DNA of 64,000 bases from Octopus sinensis (GCF_006345805.1 NC_043015.1:44640001-44704000); one strand, 5' to 3'. Shown: positions 13,479 to 26,141, numbered from the stretch's first letter. Numbers and translations are program-made. Notes: generated by a model from the letters alone, not told the origin.

Positions 13479-13865
13479 CTCTTTGCTCTTTTACTTGTTT
13501 CAGTCATTTGACTGCGGCCATGCTGGAGCACCGCCTTTAGTCGAGCAAATCTTTGTAAGCCTAGTACGTATTCTATTAGGTCTCTTTTGCCGAACCGCTA
13601 AGTTACTGGGACGTAAACACACCAGCATCGGTTGTCAAGCGATGTTGGGGTGACACACTCAGACACAAAGACACATATATATATATATACATATACATAT
13701 ATGCGACAGGCTTCCTTCAGTTTCCCTCTACCGAATCCACTCACAAAGCTTTGGTCGATCCGAGGCTATAGTAGAAGACACTTGCCCAAGGTGCCAGGCA
13801 GTGGGACTGAACCCGTAACCATGTGGTTGGTAAGCCAGCTACTTACACACAGCCACTCCTGCGCC
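13479..13865 (-). mobile_element. SINE family A, full length
   Basis: Minus strand GGCGCAGGAGTGGCTGTGTG...GTTCAGTCCC...CCTTGGGCAAGTG; internal (TA/TG)n; tail AAGTAAAAGAG. Confidence 0.93.
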
Positions 13866-14048
13866 TAAATATATATATATATATTCACATATACACATAC
13901 ATATATATATAGACACACGCACACACATACAGACATATATATATGTATGTTTGTGTGTGCTTGTGTATTTATATGTATGTGCATACATGTTTAAATACAT
14001 ACATACATATACATATATATATATATATTATATATATATATATATATA

Positions 14049-14251
14049 CATGAGCTTCCTGAAGATTTCATCTGAATGAACAGTTCTAGTACTGTATTAG
14101 CTCCTTCTATAAAATTATATATATAATATATATATATATATAGATATATATATATATATATTATATATATATATCTATATATATATATACATGAGCTTCC
14201 TGAAGATTTCATCTGAATGAACAGTTCTAGTACTGTATTAGCTCCTTCTAT

Positions 14252-14257
<6 letters not shown>
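14049..14257 (+). repeat. Direct duplication of a 68-bp unique segment separated by (TA)n
   Basis: CATGAGCTTCCTGAAG...CTATAAAATT identical at 14049-14116 and 14190-14257. Confidence 0.95.
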
Positions 14258-14322
<65 letters not shown>

Positions 14323-14809
14323 TAGGTACATACATGCAAAAGGACACACACACACATTTTTAATTAACTTTCCTATGCGAAATGTAATCAACTTGTGTTG
14401 TATGGCTGTTATTCTTATCCGCGTGTATCTGTCATAAGAATTAGATTTTCAGCGTGTACAATGGCTGAAGGTTCGTATATGTCTATACAGTTAACAATAG
14501 ACTTATCTACTCTCTAGTACAATACATGTGATTATAGATAATAACTCTAAATATTCTTAATGCGTGGTATGCTAATCCTACGCAAAAGTTCATATGGCAT
14601 TATGGAGAGAAATGATAGAGAACTTCTAGGGTTTGATTTCAAAGATAACAGTTATAATCCAGTAAATTATCATAATGAAAAAACAAAAAAAGCGCCATTA
14701 AAACAAAGCATGTCAAGATCGGAATTAAACAGTAGCAATCATTTTACATATTCTTAGATAGATTCCTTATGGCTGTCAGTCATTCTGAGTGTAGGTGAAT
14801 CTCTTACAG

Positions 14810-14870
14810 AGTGATAGAACGCCACCGCTTTGCAGCATCGCGACAGCGCCGCTGTTGTGTCTTAGTTTAA
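14810..14870 (+). other. Candidate terminal exon VIERHRFAASRQRRCCVLV*
   Basis: Acceptor TCTCTTACAG|, GC/CpG-rich island in AT-rich DNA, stop TAA at 14868-14870; an alternative open frame (SDRTPPLCSIA...) also exists. Confidence 0.3.
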
Positions 14871-15224
14871 TCATATTGATCATACACTCACTGGAACACC
14901 TCCCACAATCATGCATACGGTTATACAGATATAAACACACTGAGGCACAAACACAAACTCATACTCGTACGCTCCCACGCACACATATGTATGCTTGTAT
15001 GTATGTATGTATTTAGGAATATACAAAAGGATTCCTCGCGTGGTAAGAAGTTTACTTCCAAACCACATAATTGCGGGTTCTGTCCCTATACGAGTTCAGT
15101 CCCTTAGGTTGTGTCCTGCTGTAGCTGCGGGCCGAGCGAAGCCTTTTCAATTCTGAGTGGATGTGGTTGGCGGAAAATCAATGAAGCGTATTGTGCATAT
15201 ATGTATATATATATATATAGGAGT

Positions 15225-15626
15225 GGCGTAGGAGTGGCTGTGTGGTAAGTAGCTTCCTTTCCAACTATATGGTTCCGGGTTCAGTCCCACTGCATGGCAC
15301 CTTGGACAAGTGTCTTCTACTAAAGCCTCGGGCCGACCAAAGCCTTGTGATGGATTTGGAAGACGGAAACTGAAAGAAGCCCGTCGTATATATATATATG
15401 TGCGTGTGTGTGTGTGTGTATGTTTGTGTGTTCTGATTGTCACCCCCAACATCGCTTGACAACCGATGATGGTGAGTTTACGTCCCCGTAACTTAGCGGT
15501 TCGACAAAAAGAGACCGATAGAATAAGTACTAGGCTTACAAAGAAGAAGTCCTGGGGTCGATTTCCTCGTCTAAAGACGGTGCTCCAGCATGGCCACAGT
15601 CAAATGACTGAAGTAAGTAAATGAGT
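15225..15626 (+). mobile_element. SINE family A, full length
   Basis: Same head, core and tail as the other family A copies. Confidence 0.93.
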
Positions 15627-15794
15627 ATATATATATATATGAACTAGATATCCCTTTGTGATCGAAGTAAATGGTTCAATGGGACTGAATATTATGTGCC
15701 AAAACTCTCTATTAGAGTTTTTCTTTACTAGTCATTGTCCGATTCAATTGTGTGACGTCAAAATATTTTGCTGGCTTTTTGTTTGCTGTTTATA

Positions 15795-16144
15795 TTTTAT
15801 TTGTTTCATTCATTAGACTGTAGCTATTCTGCAGCACCACCTCGAATTTTAGATGAACGAATAAACTGCAGTACCTTATTTTTGTTAAGCCTGGTATTTA
15901 ATCTATCGACCTTAGGCCGAATCGCTAAGTTACTACACACACAGACACACTCATGCACACACAGACACACACATATATACATGGCAGGTTTCTTTCAGTC
16001 TCCGTCTAGAAAATTCACTCACAACGCTTTGGTCAGCCTGAGGCCATAGTAGAAGACCCTTGCCCAAGTTTCCCCTCAGTGGGACTGAAACCGCAACCAT
16101 TTAGTTGGGGAGCAAACATTTACCCACACAACCACTCCTGCGCC
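15795..16144 (-). mobile_element. SINE family A, degenerate
   Basis: Ends in CACTCCTGCGCC; recognisable core. Confidence 0.8.
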
Positions 16145-16600
16145 ATTTTTGTTGACTGCTTCTTCTTATGATACAAGTACGTAATTTACTTTCTACTTTT
16201 CACTTAGAAAAATACCAAAACTATATAAACACGGTATTGCCTAGATTTTGATTGAAGCAAATCCCAAATCCCTATACATTGCACATGGAACAGAGCTCGT
16301 AACAGCGTTAAATAACGATAATGAAGCATAGCTCCAAAATAGCATGATGTCTCATAATATGCTTGCACTTTCTTCCATTACGACGCTCTATCTCAGAGAA
16401 TGTATGGAGCTCCATTGCCATTATTTCTATTGCAGTAAGTAGAAGCACTTAAGCCGCTAGTTTCAAACAGATCAGTATTAACGTTCACGGGGAAGCTTTT
16501 AAATTCTTCATAATCCATTTCCGACTGCGATTATATGATAATGTGATAATGCTAGATAAATATCGGTATTTAAAGAAATGTCGTACTCTGCCAATGACAA

Positions 16601-16757
16601 ATGTCATACTGGTCAGTTGAAACAGAAAATGATGCTGACTTTAAGAAATTGTCTGATTTTTAAATGATGTAAATTTATTTACACACGCACGCGCACACAC
16701 ACACACATGTATATAAATATATATATGATTGTATATGTATGTATATGATTTTATATG

Positions 16758-16797
<40 letters not shown>

Positions 16798-16949
16798 CAT
16801 ATAAAATCATATACATACATATACAATCATATATATATTTATATACATGTGTGTGTGTGTGCGCGTGCGTGTGTAAATAAATTTACATCATTTAAAAATC
16901 AGACAATTTCTTAAAGTCAGCATCATTTTCTGTTTCAACTGACCAGTAT

Positions 16950-16954
<5 letters not shown>
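16601..16954. repeat. Perfect 354-bp palindrome centred on (AT)n
   Basis: Position i pairs with 33555-i at every position I compared; no spacer. Confidence 0.95.
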
Positions 16955-16986
<32 letters not shown>

Positions 16987-17093
16987 TCATTACAGATATA
17001 GGGTGAAGGATAATTAATTTAATAAAATCAACAAATTTCACCTAGTAGTATTTCGGTATGGAAAAGAACCATATTAGGTAAAAACTTATATAG

Positions 17094-17229
17094 TTATAAC
17101 AATAAGGGTTTTGCAACAAGTTGCTTGAGACATATTTTTGTAGAAAAGGTAATAGTAGTCCTTTGGCTCCTATTTCTAAAATTTTCGGTATGTGGTCAAG
17201 CAACTTGTTGTAAAACCCTTATTGTTATA

Positions 17230-17230
<1 letters not shown>
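17094..17230. repeat. 35-bp inverted repeat (1 mismatch) with 67-bp spacer
   Basis: 17094-17128 versus 17196-17230. Confidence 0.9.
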
Positions 17231-17270
<40 letters not shown>

Positions 17271-19744
17271 GAAAAAGTTTTGAGTTTTATACAAATCAAA
17301 TTTTTATATATAAAAAGATAGAGGTGGAAATAGCCCAGAATTAAATCTAAGACATTTACGTTTAAGATGGTATTTAATAAAATATTATATAAATAAAATT
17401 ATTGAGAGTACTGGTTTCGATGTATTTCATCTTATCGTATATTAGTAGAACTTTATATAAAATTGAAAAATTTAAAGTAAAAACAGTCTATCTTCTGTCT
17501 GGTGGTCAAGAACATGTCTGGAGATTTTTCGTTACGTATACTTGTACCTCTCAGATTTATAGACTGCAGCGGTCTTTCAGCGGTCCATAAACCCTGTGAC
17601 AGAACTCGGGAGGTTGCGCCGCCATCAGCCATATTACGGTATCTTAAATCCAGGTACCTCTCAGCAATCTCTTGCAGTGTAGTAATAAATAATTTTACTT
17701 AATATATATTTATTGCGCGCAATTGCTTTTCAATGGAAAATTTGCACAAAATAACTATTACAACGAGAAGTTGTTATTGGACATGCTATAGAACTTCTCA
17801 GTTCTAAAGTTTTAACCAAAGGTTTATTATTTATGCCTTAAAGATTTGCATGAGATTTTAAATCGCGATGTTTCATTTATGTTTCGTACTAATATTTTTA
17901 TGCCAGGCAAGTAATTCTAGGAGTGCTAAACCTACTAGAAATGGCAACTAATCCACCATCAGATGAGATATCCGATTTCATATAAGAACAAGCAAGAATA
18001 CACTGGGTTATCTTGTTCTGAAAATAGTGCAGGCTGGATGATCACGGATGGTATGCTTTTCATAAATGTATCCTTAATCCAGACTAACCTGTGTCTATGC
18101 GACACTAACAACTAAACTCTCTGGATTCACTATAACATTGTAAGTTGTTTATTCCCATAATCACCTCTTCCGTTGAAACACATTTCAGTAAAAGGTTTTG
18201 TTTTAAATCAATTTATTTTATTCCCTTTTTTTTTCCTGTGACACATCTTCGCGTATATTCTTCAAACATTTCGTAATTTTATGCATATTTAAAAATTTAT
18301 AAATAAACAGCTTTCATTTTCTCCATATACACATAAATACACATATACACACATAATTGCACACACACACATACATGCATACACACACACATACATGCAC
18401 CACATACATACACACACACATACCTTGGTTTGGAGACATTTCTCCCCATTTCTCGTTTTATCTGATTTATCCTCAGATGCGCTTTTGATTATTTTTTTTA
18501 GGAAACCCCTATAATCCGTCTTATATTTCCTCATCCCCTTACAGCATTTTCTTAAATTTATGCTTTATTTATTTATGCATACATTCCCCACGTTTCAATG
18601 TTTTCATTATTTCATTCATCCATGCATTAGATGCTTTATTTAAGTACTCCTTCCTTAAATTTTAAATTTCTTTCATCTCCCTTTATATTTCTTTCATTTT
18701 TTTATGAATATTTTTCGTCCTCCATTTTGTTGCTATTAATATATATGTATTCCATTTATTCTATATTACATTATTTATTTATTTATTCATTCATATTTGT
18801 GAGACGTTTTATATTATAAGATGTTCTTCGTTTCATTTTCATTCGCTCCTTAAATTTTATCTCTATTCGAATTGTTTTTCCTATCTTTCAATCCCATTGT
18901 ATTTCATCACGATATGATTGCAGAAATATATCCGATTTTCTTACCTTCAAACTTAAATATCAAATCATGCGTAAACACATCTAGTCATCCATTCACTCTA
19001 GGAATATATTAGCTCATTCATCCATAAATTCATTTATTAAATATGCTCCTTTTTTCTATATATCCTCAACTTATTTCCTTCATTGCTACATATTGTGTTC
19101 TTACATCCCATTTCAAGCGTGCTATGTTCTGTATTTCTTTTCTAGTTTCAGCATATCCTTCCTGACTCCACGCTTTATTTCGTTTTTAAAGGACTTACAT
19201 TTTTTTACTTGTAATAAAGATGTGGCTTTCTGACCAAAACGTAAACATACTTAGCTGTTATTATTTTTGTTTAGTCACAGGTGAACTAAGACTCATGATC
19301 TCTATGATAATATATATTTAAGATGTGATCCAACAGAATTTATCAGGGCAGCATCCGCGGTGAGGTTATCTAGTTGATCATTCACCTTTTAACGATGCCA
19401 TCCTATTGGATATTGAAAGTAACTTGAAGTTAACACTTAAGCTATTATTAAATAGCGAGATGGTAATTTTTATCAGTGAAATCATCGTCCCCACGATCAT
19501 TGACACCTTAAAATCAAGGCAATAAATGTGCCACTGTCATCCATAGAATATAAGGAAGATAAGATCTATAAAATTTTTTAAACACTAATAGATCCAGGAA
19601 GCATATTATTCCAATCTAAGAATAAGGAACTAATAAGATATCAAAAATTTTTAGTAAAACTTGAAACCAATAAATAGTTGAATCAGCACCGTGTTTAAAC
19701 GAAAAGCTGCTGTCTTTGCGCTTACACACACACACACACACACA

Positions 19745-19792
<48 letters not shown>

Positions 19793-19971
19793 CTCACAAG
19801 CGTATACATTCAATATCCTTACAGTGAAGTACTAATAAAGAAAGCTGAACAAAATCTAATGAAATATCAAACTCATAACAAAAAGAATTATAAATATGTT
19901 TACAAGGCAGACACTGGAGTAAAGTCACAAAAAAAATTAGAAACGAATATATGGACAGTACACATACTTCT

Positions 19972-20155
19972 TTTACCGTTTATTTGTTTCACTCATTGGC
20001 TTGCGGCCATTCTGGGGCACGACATTAAAGGAGTCAAAAAATATCAACCCCTGAGTTTATTTTTAAATCTAACTCTTAGCCAGTCGGTTCCTTTTTCCGA
20101 ACCGCTAGTCAACGGGGAAATAACCAAAACATTAGTGGTTATCAAGTGATGGTGA
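19972..20155 (-). mobile_element. SINE family A, degenerate 3' fragment
   Basis: TTGTTTCACTCATTGGCTTGCGGCCAT...CCGAACCGCTAG...TATCAAGTGATGGTG. Confidence 0.6.
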
Positions 20156-20207
20156 CGAATAGGTAGTCACTCCAAAACACACACTCATACACTCACGTAT
20201 ATATAAA

Positions 20208-20245
<38 letters not shown>

Positions 20246-20451
20246 GTGAAATAGAAAGATGAATAATCTTGTAGTAGATTAATCAAAAGTTTAACCGATA
20301 CCTTAGTAGCAAAAATCACAGCAGTAAACAGCACGGTTGAAGGTACAACCATATGGTGTTGCAACCGTGCGTTGGTGCGGATAATTGAAATTAAAACATT
20401 ATTGGTGAATTGAAGAAATGGAGCTGAACGCAGATTGAACAGAAATCGTTT

Positions 20452-20545
20452 TATTTCATTCTACACGTGTTTCGAAAGGCACAAATTACCAAAATCCGAT
20501 TGAATAATGGGACCATATTGTGTCTTTCTCTTCAGGAAGAAAATA
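20452..20545 (-). ncRNA. Minimal type-I hammerhead ribozyme motif
   Basis: Reverse-complement copy of 21818-21911 with intact core. Confidence 0.78.
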
Positions 20546-21817
20546 GGAAATCCGTTGGAAAAACAAAAACAGAACAGAGGCGGAGCAAAAACAAATCGAA
20601 TTATGCTCCTAAGAGCCCATGGCGAAACTGTTTATCAGTGTATGTTGAGAACCGGTGGCTGAAGAATTTAACGGGTCAGGCATCGGTCAATCATGTGGGT
20701 GAGGGTGTGTAGGTGTTCTTTGTGACCGAGAATAAAGTTCTGACTATTTAAGGAATATTGGATGTTTTATAAGGGGCGAGAAAAAATCTACTTAGAGACG
20801 TGTGTGTGTGTGTGTATACTGTTCTATATGTGTGTGTTGGCGTAAGGGTAGAAAACATTTTTTGTGTACGTGTGTGCGTTTGATCGTTCGGCTGTCAGTG
20901 GTTACTGCCGTCAGAACCGTTGGGTGGCAGAAAAAAAATATATATATATTATGTTTTATGTGTGTGTGTGTTCATCTAAGCCTGCCTTGTCAAGGAAACC
21001 CCCCGCTGTGAAAAAACCAAGCCCCGTTTGTCTTACAGGAGTAATTCCCCTTGCAGTGGCTAATCGTAGATATCTTAAAGGCTATTTCAGAATTTGTTAC
21101 CAAGGGCTATGGGTGCCGGTATTATTTATAAACGCTATTTAAAAGCCAGATAAGTGTAGCGCCGCCAATGGGGGCATCGAAAAGCCGACTGTAAAAGCCC
21201 GTTTACCATCCGGCCTCTGGCTTTTAAATAGCGTTTATAAATAATACCGGCACCCATAGCCCTTGGTAACAAATTCTGAAATAGCCTTTAAGATATCTAC
21301 GATTAGCCACTGCAAGGGGAATTACTCCTGTAAGACAAACGGGGCTTGGTTTTTTCACAGCGGGGGGGTTTCCTTGACAAGGCGGGCTTAGATGAACACA
21401 CACACACATAAAACATAATATATATATATATTTTTTCTGCCACCCAACGGTTCTGACGGCAGTAGCCACTGACAGCCGAACGATCAAACGCACACACGTA
21501 CACAAAAAATGTTTTCTACCCCTACGCCAACACACATATATAGAACAGTATACACACACACACGTCTCTAAGTAGATTTTTTCTCGCCCCTTATAAAACA
21601 TCCAATATTCCTTAAATAGTCAGAACTTTATTCTCGGTCACAAAGAACACCTACACACCCTCACCCACATGATTGACCGATGCCTGACCCGTTAAATTCT
21701 TCAGCCACCGGTTCTCAATATACACTGATAAACAGTTTCGCCATGGGCTCTTAGGAGCATAGTTCGATTTGTTTTTGCTCCGCCTCTGTTCTGTTTTTGT
21801 TTTTCCAACGGATTTCC

Positions 21818-21911
21818 TATTTTCTTCCTGAAGAGAAAGACACAATATGGTCCCATTATTCAATCGGATTTTGGTAATTTGTGCCTTTCGAAACACGTGT
21901 AGAATGAAATA
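21818..21911 (+). ncRNA. Minimal type-I hammerhead ribozyme motif
   Basis: CUGAAGA at 21828-34; helix II GAAAG.CACAA/UUGUG.CUUUC; GAAA at 21890-93; palindromic helix III ACACGUGU; GUA cleavage triplet at 21899-21901; helix I pairs 21818-27 with 21902-11 (one mismatch, one G-U). Confidence 0.78.
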
Positions 21912-21962
21912 AAACGATTTCTGTTCAATCTGCGTTCAGCTCCATTTCTTCAATTCACCAAT

Positions 21963-22014
<52 letters not shown>

Positions 22015-22051
22015 TTATATATATATATAAATACATATATGTTTGTAAGGT

Positions 22052-22300
22052 TGTGTGAGGACGCGTGGCCGGGTGGTTAGGGTGTTGCGCTCACGACCGC
22101 GGGATCGTGGTTTCACTTCCTAGACAAAGTGATGTTGAACAAAATTCATTTCCCGTTGCTCTGTGATTACTTCGACACCTGACGCGTGGTACCTCGTGTA
22201 CCACCTGTTCAGGCAATGTCGATTTGACGGACTGATAGAGCTAATGTACAACACTTACCTTTCATCACTAAAACAAATTATTTGTGCAGCTCAACACTCA
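22052..22300 (+). mobile_element. Degenerate tRNA-derived SINE related to family C
   Basis: TGGCCGGGTGGTTAGGG...GATCGTGGTTTCACTTCC head. Confidence 0.55.
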
Positions 22301-22338
22301 TCCGTCATCATCGTCTTCAACAGGAGAATCCAGTATAC

Positions 22339-22386
<48 letters not shown>

Positions 22387-22535
22387 ACACAGAGATAAAA
22401 ACGAAACTAAGACATAGAGCATGCCTTAATATCAACTATTCTCATTAATAATTGCATTGGTTCTTTCCAGGTAAACTAATATCTCACTGTTCAGAAGAAA
22501 ACTTCAAATATAACTATTAGCGAACCCTCTGGAAA

Positions 22536-22960
22536 ATGGAGAAAATTTGGCATTTATGCTGTTATCATGTACCTGCAGAAAAAGCATTCAAAGTAACCAG
22601 ATTGCTACTTTAAGGGATGACGCTCCAGCTTTATCAACTGTAGTAATGTTGGCGGCTGAATTTAGGAGGGGAACGAAGAGTCTCGAAGATGATCCAAGAC
22701 TTCGAAGTCCTGCAACTATTACCAACGAGGAAAATGCTGGTCGTGTTCAGCACACGGTGATGGATTACAGCTGATTGACTATAAATCAAATAGATAAGGC
22801 TATTAGTAACTTTCGTGAGAGAGCCGAGAATCATCTGCATGATGAACTTGGCATGGCAATGGTTTCCAGTCGGTCGGTGCCACGTCTTCTGACACCAGAT
22901 CGAAAGTGCACCAGGCTAATGCTTTCGAAATTTCAAAGCTGTACTTGTTTTGTATGAGAT
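22536..22960 (+). pseudogene. Mariner (irritans-like) transposase N-terminal remnant
   Basis: DDAPALSTV..AAEFRRG..SLEDDPR...PAT; TINQI...HDELGM.MVSSRSVPRLLTPD (degenerate WVPRLL motif). Confidence 0.85.
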
Positions 22961-24371
22961 TTGATCGCAGACCGTTTGTCGAAACTAAAGTAATTTCTTC
23001 TACGAAAAGCCATTCTTACTACCGAACAGCGCATAAATTATCTAATACCCGTTACACCACATTAAAATTCACTTTGAATATAGATTTATTTCATGAGATA
23101 TCAGTTTTTATCTCACAGCTACCACCAGATCACTGATAATTTTACGAAGATTTCAAGTATGCAAATATAACTAATGCGGATTTGTTATGCAAACAAATGA
23201 GTTAAAAGTTCATAAATTGTTGCAAACATTTTTTAAAAAGAATTACTATTTGTCAGAGCAGCATTAAAATGTTTTCTGTCGAAAATGAAACACTTCTGAT
23301 TGTTTTATTTTGTTTTTGATTTTTAATTTTCACTTTCAAAACTAATAAAATACTTTTGAAAAGTCCATATAAGTAAGTAAGTAAGTAAGTAATATAAAGT
23401 GCTGCAAATCAAGATATACCTTTACCGCAAATTAAACCAGATACACACTAATCTAATTAGGTTCTTGGCCAATTTGTTTAAAAACGTAAGCGCTTGTGTA
23501 TATTTGAAAAAAAAATATGTCTGCCAAGTTAAATAACTCGTAGATTGTTTTAAACAGATTGTCAATGATTAAGTCAATGCCAACTAGCCAGTAGGTACAA
23601 CCTTATTAACAACATTGGAATGTGACGGTTCACTTTCTTCAGAGTAGCACAGCGTAATTAATCACGAAAATATACACACACACACAGACACGTACACATA
23701 CGCGCAAGAAACCCATCCATTAGTTCGTATGTATATACGTATATCGCCAAAGAGTAATTGGCAACAAGCGATTTATAACAATGGCGTTCGTTCGATGACT
23801 AATTTATGCACAATAAATTCTGTCCTTAATTGCAAGCCTGAAATTTCATTCACGTGATAACGACCTGCACCCCCAACACGCTACACCCATCCTAATAATA
23901 TATTATGCAATAACATAAGCAACTGACCTTGCGCTAAAGTGGACATAATACACATACACAAACACACTCACACATACACACACACACACACACATACACA
24001 CACATACACATACACACACACACACATGTATGTATTCACTGTTTCAACATACATCTAACTGATGATATAGAAAGCATAAGAATGTTTTTCCTGAGTTTTC
24101 AGGCGTTTCGGGTCTTTTAACATTGACCCCTGCCTCGCCTAGTTGATCCGTGTGTTTAATCAAGAGTCAGCTTTTATTCCAAATGTATAACACTGGTTGG
24201 CCCTTTTCCTACCAAGCCATGTAGTGGACTTCCCTGCAGATTAGGTGACGAAATCTGCGAGCCTCTGTATTATTTCATCAGTAAACCAGTCAGAAGGTTT
24301 GAATGTGAAAGCCCCCCAAAAACTCAGCAACCTCGTAATTTGTCTGCTACACAATCGCATACAAGGAAGAA

Positions 24372-24422
<51 letters not shown>

Positions 24423-25023
24423 GAAATAGTGAGAAAGAGAGAGAGAGAGAAGCGAGGAACGATAGGAGAAGGCGCTTCCCAAATATACTGAGCAATAGCA
24501 CTCGAACTTTGATGTTTCCGAAGGTAACACTTTTGACATACCACTAAACCATCGCTTATTTTTGCCTATCAACAATATTACCATTTGCTTGCGCAAGCAA
24601 AGAATTATGTATAGATTTCAGGAGAAAAACATTGCAGACTGGAGCGAAATAAAGAAATCCTTAAATTTATCATGATCATACTCAAGTTGTGAAGGAAATT
24701 GATTCAGTAAGCGCTTACCCCACTTAAATAACCAGAACATTCCTTATTTTATGCCCACAAGATATTACAGATTAATCATTTGCTTAAAGAATCCTATGAT
24801 ATATTTAAAATTTAGTCTACCTTAAAATCATAAATGGCATCAAAATATCTAATAAATATGACTACCGAAAATATAGTCGGTTTCATTTTCATATACGAAG
24901 TACATGTTTAAAGTAATGTCAGCTAAATTGATTCGTATGCTATAACTAAATATAGGCTTCCTTTACATAAATATTAAACTAAAATACATGCGGAAAGACA
25001 TATATATATATATATATATATAT

Positions 25024-25067
<44 letters not shown>

Positions 25068-25919
25068 TATATATACACACATATATATACACACATATAT
25101 ATGTATATATATGTATACACACATATATATATATACATATATGTATATATACATATATGTATATGTACATATATATATATATATATATACATATATGTAT
25201 ATGCACATATATATATATACACATATATATATACACATATATACACATATATATGCATATATATATACACATATATATGCATATATATATATATATATGT
25301 ATGTATGTATATTGATTTTTATATTCCTGTACTGAGTGATACATAATTAGATACTTACCGTGCACACACACATACACACATACACACACACGCACACATA
25401 CATACATACACACATTGTCTGGAGAAAAGGAATTCTAACAGGAAGTTCGGATTATTAAATCTTAAAGGTAAAGTCTTTAATTTTATATATTTTTCTTTAA
25501 AATATGACTGAAGTGAGGTTTTCTAAACAAAACATTAACACAACAATTTATGTGTTTATGAGTGGAGGAGTGGCAACGAAAGAAACAATAAAAGAACTGA
25601 GAGAGAGAATGAAAGAGAGAGAGAGAGGGGGGAAATTTGTATATATGCGTTCTATACATTCCCATATACACACCTATATTACAAATATATAAATACATAA
25701 ACACCTGCATGCATATGTTGATTCTAATTTTCCTATTAATTTGTGCAAACAGCGATACTTGAAATGCAAATGATACACATTCAATTGATCTTGGTCATGT
25801 GAGTTTTTATAGAAAAAAATATATTCCACTGTATGATTAACGATACTTACTATACACGAGTATATCACTATACTGCTCACAAGTATATCAGTAACAAAGA
25901 TAATATGTATAAATATATT

Positions 25920-25952
25920 TATGCATATATATTTATATATAATATATATATA

Positions 25953-26009
<57 letters not shown>

Positions 26010-26040
26010 ATATTTATATATATATAAAGATATATATATT

Positions 26041-26071
<31 letters not shown>

Positions 26072-26101
26072 ATATGTTTATATATATATATATATATATA
26101 T

Positions 26102-26141
<40 letters not shown>

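Larger units (their letters stand above)
20392..21971. mobile_element. Long inverted repeat (arms 20392-21150 and 21216-21971, 65-bp spacer), probably an inverted Penelope-like terminal-repeat structure
   Basis: Arms nearly identical (a few transitions and microsatellite length differences); each arm carries a hammerhead motif pointing outward. Confidence 0.85.

Noticed and set aside
14056-14095. CTGAAGA...GAAC as a hammerhead
   Set aside because: No GAAA, weak helix II, and no helix I complement.
24160-24430. Open frame SKCITLVGPFPTKPC...LGDEICEPLYYF
   Set aside because: No start codon, no clear donor, runs into (GA)n, and no recognisable homolog.
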